From contig NC_134027.1 in the NCBI RefSeq assembly GCF_964204645.1, positions 23,212,560 through 23,276,559 of the forward strand: DNA of 64,000 nucleotides, in the 5' to 3' direction. Every line of letters begins with the position of its first letter. Positions within the stretch are counted from its first letter, which is position 1. Below, one piece after another: positions 54,330 to 64,000 of this stretch. This DNA comes from Tubulanus polymorphus. Lineage: Eukaryota > Animalia > Nemertea. The notes below the pieces were generated by a model. That model was given only the letters and a program-made list of their open reading frames with translations. It was not told where the DNA came from and searched no databases. A program made the translations under genes and the position numbers.

Positions 54330-57300
54330 AACTACTAGCTCCAGTAACATTTTCTGACTGTTTTTCATGTAATTTTTATTGAGGGATTCTCTGTACATTA
54401 CCGTCACAATACGGAAATAGTGTTTTATCAATTGTGAAAACATTTCGACTTTTTGAATTCTTCGAATGTTTTTTCATTACCTATATGCTGAATTTTGTAT
54501 CGTAGCACTGACGGAGTGCTTTAACCAATGGTTATCGTATTAACACTATTCAGTATTAGTGGTGCTATCAATTAGTAAAGTGTACCCAACGAATTAATGA
54601 ACAATTAGTATCGTATCATCGAAACGACCCATAGATCAGCGGAGGTGATGGCGCAAAATGAAGTACAGCCCTTCATCATCGGTCGTTACTTATTCGCATG
54701 AGCGATAGCGCAAGAAATAGCTTTCAATACATCATCGTCTGCTACCGGCGCCGACGAAGCAACATCGGATATCTCCGGCAATTTCCGATAAACCTATTTG
54801 ATGTATTCGGAACACGTCGACAATTTCCCGACGAAAATCGACTTACGATAATAACACGTTTGTAATACAATTCATTTTTCGAATTTACCAACACCAATTA
54901 AATATATAAATATAAAAGCCATGAACAATTCCCGAGCTTCTTATAAGAATGTGTTGCTATGATCGATTCGTCAAAACTCTGCGTGAACCTCACGGGTGCA
55001 AACGTATCTTCCTGGTTCCAAAGTTTCATAAAATGTTTTACCTATAGATAAGTTGATGCCCGCATTCATTAAGTTTACATGTCTATCAATGAAATAAACA
55101 TGCTCGTGAAGTCTGAACCCTCTGCTAGTTGGAAAGATTATATTTTTCTATTCATACCGGGTAACAATGCAAGGGTGGACTTAGGGGCTGGTCTCGGAGA
55201 GATGGCCCTTTCCTTCAAGAAAAAAATTATTTCATATGAACAGTTTCTTGAGGAACATCTAAATTCCAAGGGTAAGAGCCCGCTTGTAGCCCTTGACATA
55301 GCTGCCTTGGAAATGCTCTTTTATTGTCTTCTGGACCGCGGCCATCCGATTCTCCTATAACCACCCCGCAATGTCAGAATTAGTGGCGTCAAAGTATTTC
55401 CCTTATTTTACGAAAGGGCCCTAAAACGTTATAAGTGTGTCGAGCCCCCTCACCCCTCTTCTCTAAGATATTCTATCTAAATTAGTAAAGAATGTAGCCT
55501 AAAGAATGTATCCATGCCTAAGTATATGTACAAACTGTCGGATAACTATTTGTATTCAGTAGTGTGTTTGTGACGGAGAAGGTGTTTGTATGCACGTATA
55601 TAGCCACGTCATTACCATCGTCGTGTTTAATTAATGCGGCATTAATTCACTCATCCCGCGAATGCTAGTTCGATATCGAGCATACGAAAACAGGACACAT
55701 CTCCGCATCAACGCGCGTTGAACAAACACAAACACACAAAGCCGCATCGTGTCCAGTTGGGACCTCTCGGCTCCGAACATCGCGCCGTTCGAATATTTGC
55801 TTCGTTATTTCTGGATGTCATAACGGCGCTCGTTCACGCTCGATCGGACACGACGAGACTCTCGCTGTTACTCGACGGCCCGTCTCTAGGCGATTGAGAA
55901 ATATATCTTTCACCGTCGTAACGCGGCAACAATCGTCGTTCGTCGCCCGTTTCCCGTTCAAACTCATTCTTTATCCGTCTGACCATGGATTCCAATCGTT
56001 TAAGTCCATGATCTGACCACAAAATCCGTCCGTCACTACTCCGGTTATCTCAGCAAACCAAAACTCGAAACAAGATTGATGATGTTCGTCGATTTCAATA
56101 CGGTCAAATCAAGAAATATGAAAAAAGAACCCCTAAAAGGTTCGCTAGTAGCATATTTTCAACTAAAACAATTAAAATAATTTGGCGATCCTATACTTGT
56201 AGCAAGTCAGGATCAACTAGGTGTCACTACACCATATCAGGAATGTCACGAAATAGAATTTTATACGGTGCAATTTATTAGAATGAAGCCGCAAATTCCC
56301 GTGGAATGACCAGAAACAGTAGCAACAAAGCGTTAACTCACGGGACGTCCAGGAGCTTTGTGTTAGAAATAAAATAAATGGAACTAGCAAGGATTTCCGT
56401 TGAAAAACTTAAATTCTAAACAGTTACGAATGAATAGATACTATATTATTTCAGTAGAGACGAAGGGGTTCGAGATAGCAGAGTGACATTTTTAACCAAA
56501 ATCTAAAAAAAGTTGATATGTCTAGAAAATAAATAGTTATGTAAAATTGATTTTGAGAAACCCGGTATCTAAATTAGTAGATAAGTTGGATTTCTACAGT
56601 TAACAAATTAGGGCTGATTTCACTATGGGTCTCTTGTGAATGTCTTTGCAAGGATAATCATCATATTATGTTTCTCCTCGGGTTCAGTAAAAACATAGCT
56701 TAAGATTTCAAAGTTCAACGAATACAGTGAATGCATCTATAGACGTGATTTGCCTAACCTTTGCCTAACCTCTAACCTTTGAGGAAAGCTTTTATCAAAT
56801 AAAGTAAAAGTAAACTTAAAAAGTTTATCCCAATGCAGTCCATCGCGTGTTATCTGGTGGGATAGAGCTGGCGGTATATGGTGTGCCTACCTCATCGGTC
56901 TAAACCGTAGTTTTTGCACGAATGAGTTCAAATACTTCACGGAGTATTTCTAAGCAATGCGAGTATTTTCATTCCCGATCAAAATACATATATAAGCATA
57001 TTAGTCTGGCGAGCAGGCGTCGAGTGAGAAAATAACGTTTCAGAAGTAAAATAAACACGGGACAATATTTCTCCATTAGGCGCGCGTTTACTAAACAAGT
57101 ACTAAATCAAGTAACATGGTGTTCACAGATACATGTTACCACCGTTATGAACATGTTCGGCATATAAATGCAAAATTAGCCCGTCAAATGCTCCATTATC
57201 TGAAATTGATGGATGCGCGCGACTATCTTTTTCTGAATAGGTTTGCAAAGTTAATGACCCAAAGGGCAAACACTTCTGCGCCTTCGCCGGGCTACAAGAC

Positions 57301-57620
57301 TAAATTGAAGACGTCTATATTTGTTCCTATTCTCATTAAGCGCGCCGGGAGAGGTTCGCGCTCCCGGCGCGAGTGCGGCACGGAAAATTCTGCCACGTCG
57401 TTTTTCTTGTTTCTTTACCGAAACGACGACGACTTCTCGGTAAGAAAAAACATCGGCTACCGCAAACGACGCGCACACACCGCGCACACTAAACGTCACG
57501 GTAGAATTTAAAAATCATAGAAATGATGAGACCACTACAGCAACGCTGAGAATGAAATCCGAGAACCCCATACACAAAGACGATGACAATTTTTGAAGTC
57601 GTAAAAACCGTTACAATAAT

Positions 57621-57832
<212 letters not shown>

Positions 57833-58640
57833 ATACTATGCGTTATTATAAGGGATTCAGTGTGAGTCGATATGCACTAAGTCATCACTATCGGCGTTTC
57901 AAAATAACATTTACAATTATGAATTTGGCGTTTATTTTGTTATCAGATAGAACGTATATTTCATAACTCTTATTTCACTTTTGATAAATTTTGCTAATTA
58001 TTTTTCAGAGGTTATATTATGCACTACGTCATCAATATATCGTGGCTAGACTGGTTGCCGGTCGATTAAATTCAATCATCGACCATTCTAATAAAAAAAA
58101 ACTAAAAAAAACTGAGCCCGTGTTATTTTACAAGGCGTCAATTAAGTTTCAAGTTTTCCTGTTCATTCTTCGTGATATTCAAAGAAATTCTTTCGTTCTG
58201 AATATGACAATTTCTGATGGACGTAACGGACATTCATCGAAAACGAAGTCCGATCAATGTAATCGTCGGAGGCAGCCGTTATAAGTCCGAGTCTGAGGCT
58301 ATGAGTGTTTTGAAGAGTAATGACTTAGTAACAATTTGTTTCAATGTCTACTAAATTTCAGACTGAGTTCGAAAGTGATTAAAATCAGTCGTGTGTAATT
58401 TCAAAGTAAAAGAAAGTACCGCAAACGCATTTTAAGCGATAACAGGAAGCCACGTAGATGAGGGTGGCTCCGATAATATCCGAATCAGCGCATTCGGCGG
58501 GCATGAAGTTCGCCAATGAGATGTAGAAACTTCGGGGATCTGCTTTAATGATTTATCAGGTTTGGGGTCGCCATTGGGTTTATGTATAGTAAATGAATGA
58601 AAAGACATTTCTTATCGAATTATATTTTCTAGGCGCGGAA

Positions 58641-58940
58641 ATGATACGAATGGCCCGATGTTTGTGGAGCGGAACGGTGTGTTTCCTAGTGGCCACCTGC
58701 ATGTTCCTGTCCCTGCAGTACACGAGAAACGAGTTCAACCCGACGGAGGCGCAGCAGGTGTGGATGCGACAACGCTCGAACGTGCACAGGAAAGTCGCCG
58801 TCGACACGAGGGAGCAGGCGGACGGGGGCGCGAACAATAGGAGGAGGCAGATTCTAGTGAACGGGCTTCCGATCGATCGGGTGGTCTTGCCGCGAAATTC
58901 GTCGAGTATTTTAGCCACGTTGCAGTGGAAACTTAGGCAG
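58641..58940 (+). CDS. First coding exon of a probable type II membrane protein (short tail, one TM, stem); remaining exons not found in window
   Basis: GC-rich exon-like island, acceptor ttttctag at 58632, ATG 58641, hydrophobic LWSGTVCFLVATCMFLSLQY, phase-0 donor CAG|GTAAAT. Confidence 0.65.
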
Positions 58941-59256
58941 GTAAATTTCCATTCAGACTCAATCGCAATCAACTCTTCCCAAAAACTGTTATTGAGATAG
59001 ATCTGAAGCGCAATTAGAATTTCACTATAAAGTTTCGGAAGTATTTTGTTCCAATGATGACTAATAAAAATTCGAGTCTGTTTTAGTCGAAACGAGATCC
59101 TGGCACGTCAATTGTGTCAAATATTATATCTTCTTTAGTCGACATCGGCCCATACTGCTGAATGGAGGCTACTGTAATTTCTCAAACTCGTAGTTTTTAA
59201 CCCGGACTTGGCGTGGAATTTTACCAGTAATATAACAAAGCCTTGCTTTCTAATCA

Positions 59257-59640
59257 ATTATTGTTATTATTGTTATTATTATTATGGTATTTTAAGTGCC
59301 AGAATCCACTTAAGTGATCAATGACACTTTATTACTGAATAAATCTAATGTGGTGAAAACAAATGTGTTTTGAGGCTTCTCTTGAAGACAGAGATACTCG
59401 AAGCCGCTTTTACATGGCGAGGAAGGTTGTTCCACAAACGTGAAGCAGCGACTGGGAAGGCTCTGTCTCCAAGAGAAGCTAATCTTGAACGGGGTTGAGT
59501 AAGCAAAAGATCATCTGCTGAACGTAACATTCTAGTCGGGGAGTAAGGTGTTAAAAGGTCATGCAGATATTTTGGAGCCAGTCCATATAGAAACATTTTT
59601 AAGCCAACAATAGGATCTTGAAGTTAATACGCTCTTTGAT
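59257..59640 (-). mobile_element. 5'-truncated LINE (L2/CR1 group) 3' end
   Basis: GLAPKYLHDLL..Y.P.R.LRS..GDRAF..AASRLWNNLP..FKRSLKTHLF, followed by a trinucleotide tail. Confidence 0.9.
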
Positions 59641-59759
59641 TGTATCACTCTGTGCCTGCTATCCATGCGATCGAGACGTTAATAAACCGGTAAAAGTGAA
59701 CACCCAAAAAGTACCGTTGCAAAAGTACTAACTTTACCCGCACGAGACTGAGTATGATG

Positions 59760-60110
59760 TATTCATCGAACTCAAACACTGTATTTAGCACCAACTCTGG
59801 CTAGAATTTTACCAGTCCTTACTCTACACAGTAATAAACAGTCTGACCAAGATAATTGCTCTCAAGACTTATCAAATTCAAACTCGGTTTTTAGCACCAA
59901 GTCTGGGTAAATTTTCCTTACCAGTCCTGACTTCACATCAGTAAGAAGAGACAGAGTTTACTGTTCAAACTCAAACTCGCAACTCGGGGTAGAATTTTAC
60001 CAGTCCTATAGCTCGACACGGTAAGAAACAGTCTAACCAAGATAATTACTCCCAAGATTTATCAAATTCTAACTCGGTAATTATCAACAACACAGCATAG
60101 AATTTTACCT
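59760..60110. repeat. Degenerate tandem repeat (~90-100-bp subunits)
   Basis: Recurrent tagaattttaccagtcct, aaacagtct(g/a)accaagataatt and tatcaaattc..aactcggt. Confidence 0.7.
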
Positions 60111-62923
60111 GTCCCGACGTAAGTACGACAGAGTCTATACCACATTTCCAAACTTCAACTTCACTGCGTATTTCTCATACTGTATTAGATTACCTTGGGT
60201 TGGCTCGAAAAATATACCTTAAAGACTTTAAACCGACATTAATTCTCGATGTGCCGATGTGTTCCTTTAATTGCTTCGAAATAATTAATTATTTTATGAT
60301 TTCCGCGATAAGCCCTGCATAGAACATTAGCGACGCAATTTTGCCGTTAATTGCGTCACCGGTTGATCGGCGCGCGTGTGATGCGCATTCGAATCCCCGT
60401 GCGACAGAATCCCGCGCATTTCACCCGCTGAAAACGGCTTCTCCACTTAAGAACCTAATTACAATTCATTCCTACGATAATATCACAATGGTGTTCTATT
60501 CGATTGTTGTATAAATGGGCGCTTTGGGTTCGTAGAAACCAGCAGGGACCGTACACGATCTATCGCGCGCTAGTCGAAGAATTTATTCCGTTAGACAGAC
60601 GCAGTCAAATTCGATTCCGCGACTGGGTTTTCCGCGCGCCACATTTACAGAATCTAATTTCTTTTAATTTCATTCTGGCTGGTACTCCTACTCGGCGTTT
60701 GATCTATATAAGAACTGTCTCTTAGTCACGCAGCCAATGCTATATCGTAATGCGCTTCAGTAATGTAAAAAACATCATTCCTTTCGTATTATAGTGGTCC
60801 TATACTACGCAATAAGTCTATCTAGATTTCGTTTGTTTTAAAATAGCTTGCCGAAAATCATCATATCTCTTTCTTGCCCATCTTGGAAAAACATTTGTTT
60901 TCATCTCTCTTCTGTAATTGATATGCCGTTTTAATTATTTTCATCAATCCAGAAAAAGTGCGCTGCCCTTTCTCACTATAGTGACGTCATAGTCAGCGGT
61001 ATAGCCATCCGTACCGAATCGAATGCTCCTAACAATCTAACCTTAAATCCGATTTTTTTTCTGTTCTTATCGTAAAAACTTTGGTCTAAAACGATTCATT
61101 GTCGCTAACTGACCAATAGCGAGTGGGAATAGTACTAATACTTATTCCACACCTGCACCGTGGAACGTTTTGCAAATTAGTATAATATAGTATCGCAGTG
61201 GTATATTCTAGATAGATATTGATAGATAATTTGAAAACTAATTTTTCAGTTTAGCCTATTATATAGTCCTAATTTTCTATCGAACAGATAATTCTTCGAT
61301 CTTGAATATTCCGCTTGAAATTGCATTTCATTTCAATCGTGATTTTATGTAATTGTAAAAAATTTCATTTGAGACATTTTATGCCATATAAGAAAATGAA
61401 TTGTCATCACTACCGTTATTATCATCAGTGTGTTCTCTTAACTGGTCGCGCACGAAATTCGCTTTTCACGGCAAACATCAAAAACAACGCCCGTCGGACT
61501 AACATAGATCCTCGAGGCAATACCGTGAAGATCAAGCGATTGAATTCAACTTTTAACCCGTCTTTACATCGCCACTGTTTGGCGGTAAAACAAATAACAT
61601 CAACATTCAACGCAGGGTGTTTTGAAATTGGCAATTTACGAACGAAAACCGTGCAGTCGCTGTCAGTAAATTACCTAGACCAGGTTACAGATTACTTGTC
61701 AAAGAAAAAAATCCATTTTCTCATCTGAATTTTCACCGCGGTACCTTGCTGCTCCTGTATGCGCGCAAATAGAGTACTAGGTCAAATGCGAGCTCCAAGC
61801 TCACCAAAGAGGGTTTTGCATCGAAACGAGGCATAACAATATTTACGCCGCGACAACCGGGCCGTCAGCTAGCGCCCTCTTAGCCAGCGGGCGCTGCTGC
61901 TCGTAACCGCGTCTATGATTGGCTACACTGTTCTGCCAATCACAGACAACTTCCGGGTCATTCTTTCTGTTACAGGCGCCACAACAATAGGTCTGCTTAG
62001 AAACATATTCTAATATTCATTTGACGACCTATCGAGCCGCCTCCCTATACATGAAATCGATATCAACTTGTTTGATGATACTTTAATGAAAATACATGTA
62101 TCTCTAAAAATGTCCGAATTCTACGTTCAGAGCTTAGAATGGGCTAAGTCATCTTTCGAACCAAAGTGGATTATTGATCTAAGATATGTAGCTGACCGCT
62201 GATCTCAAGGGACACCGGCACCACCAGATGGCGAAATAAAACACCGAGTTATTCGTAGTGAAAATCAGTTCAATTTCAACTTGATTTCTAACTTGATCCA
62301 AAAAATATCAAACGAGTCATCGAATAGATATAAGATCCGCATTCTCACTCAGTGTATGGAAAATAATGCACTGAACTTTTGCTAATCGGAAAAAAGTTGA
62401 TTTTAATTTAATTGAAATATAGAAGAAATCGAAGCGCGATAACCCAGTGCCACTACCGATTATGGGGGATTATCGCCGAACGCTCGCTTACCTCAGTAGC
62501 CTCGCCGATATCCCATTGAGATTAAGATCAGGATTATGAGAGAAGCCGTTTACACAATCCTCGCTGATTATTATTCACAAACGCTTTACGCACGTTTGTC
62601 GAGCGAGAACGAATCGTTAACGATTGTGTCGAGAATTTAAAAATCAAACGGTTCAAAAATGACATCGATCATCGTCACGCTGCTGCTCCCGCGTGGATTT
62701 ATTAAAATGTAATTAGATTGTGTATATGTTGTCGTCGTATTCTCCCCTGCGGATATCTTTATAATGTATTTATACCGTGCAGAGCGCGCGTAATACGGTT
62801 ATATTCGTGCCATCCGGATATCTTTCGTTCAGTCATCCTTTCATTGATATGCCAAAAGAAATTCTCAAAAAGCGACAGAGACGCGGATAGAAACTCAGAG
62901 AGACAGGCCGTAGAAAGAAAGAA

Positions 62924-62927
<4 letters not shown>

Positions 62928-62989
<62 letters not shown>
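62928..62989. repeat. (GA)n microsatellite
   Basis: Seen directly. Confidence 0.97.
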
Positions 62990-62993
<4 letters not shown>

Positions 62994-63303
62994 GAAAAGA
63001 TCTAAGAGACGACAAATATAACAGCGTGAATAATTAGGAGACATTTCTGACACTAGCGATGCCGATGAGCCTTCGCCTCAAAAGATTGATGCAATATTGA
63101 TATGACGTATGTACGTAATGACAAGTATACGCGCGAATCGATTATTGAGTGAGTCCTCGTTTTACTCTAAGGGTAAAAAAGAAGATGCTCGTTTTACTCT
63201 AAGGGTAAAGATGTGCGGAAAGCATCGACCGAGTCGATCGATACTTTCCGGACATCGACGCTTTTTCAAACACTGGCACAAAAACTTTCAAAAACTCAAG
63301 AAG

Positions 63304-63375
63304 TGGAGATGCCGGGATTTGAGCCCGGGGCTTCTCGCATGCGAAGCGAGCACTCTACCAGTGAGCTACATCCCC
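63304..63375 (-). tRNA. tRNA-Ala (CGC), degenerate copy or possible pseudogene
   Basis: Full-length copy, but T-loop reads CTCAAAT (T54 to C) and the D arm is altered. Confidence 0.75.
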
Positions 63376-64000
63376 TAATGCCAGGCTACTCGAATATTCA
63401 AATTTGGAAGTCTACCACTGAGCTATATCAACTGGTGGCACGCTACAGAAATGTTCAATTTCCAGACTTTTTGGGGCGAGTAATACTAACGTGCAGGCCG
63501 TGGCAATTTAACTGCAGAGTCGGTGCATGCCCAAAAGTTTATTAAGTTCATGCTCAAAAGTTTTTCTCTCATTTATGGCATTTTTAGGTATCCTTAACTT
63601 TAACAACCAGAGATTGCTCTGAAAAGGTAGAATTCATAATTCTAGCCTCATAAACTTTCGAGCAAATGGCCCCAGCTACGAATGATCTCAAACCGTTCAA
63701 AGTTAAACAAACGGTTAATCGTTTTTAGCGGTTAACTGTAACTGATTTCACGATGACGAAAATATGCGGTGCGATGAATGTATTCGCGAACATCGTATAT
63801 AATCATAATCGTATATTAAGACTTATTCATGTAATTGTCTCGTCGTCCTGTCTTCGATACGCTGAAGTTGAAACGACAAATAAACACGCGAATATGTCGC
63901 CGGTTCGGCCGTAAACGATATACTTAAGCCGGCTATAAATAATGACGAAATTCAGGAGAATGTCTTGCGCGTTATATGCGCTGTAAAAATAGCCAATGCT

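Overview
Eukaryotic genomic DNA, AT-rich and repeat-dense, most likely from an invertebrate animal; nothing prokaryotic is supported. Genes: a spliced SLC10 (sodium/bile-acid symporter family) gene on + (coding 2511-5961, 3 coding exons, ~547 aa); a convergent cluster of three profilin genes on - (10166-19421), each with a non-coding first exon; the first coding exon of a probable type II membrane protein (58641-58940); three tRNA-Ala(CGC) copies and one tRNA-Asp(GTC). The rest is MITEs, a 3-kb foldback element, LINE/SINE remnants, minisatellites and microsatellites. Most interesting: (1) a recent intron-to-intron tandem duplication appears to have made a chimeric profilin (promoter and exon 1 of paralog A on the CDS of paralog B); (2) unrelated insertions hit the same ~20 bp at the inferred profilin transcription start in two paralogs; (3) the two young profilin copies differ almost only at non-synonymous sites near the poly-proline-binding residues; (4) a dispersed family of minimal, Penelope-type hammerhead-ribozyme-like motifs. 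Everything was read by eye, so repeat boundaries are approximate and transcript structures are inferred.
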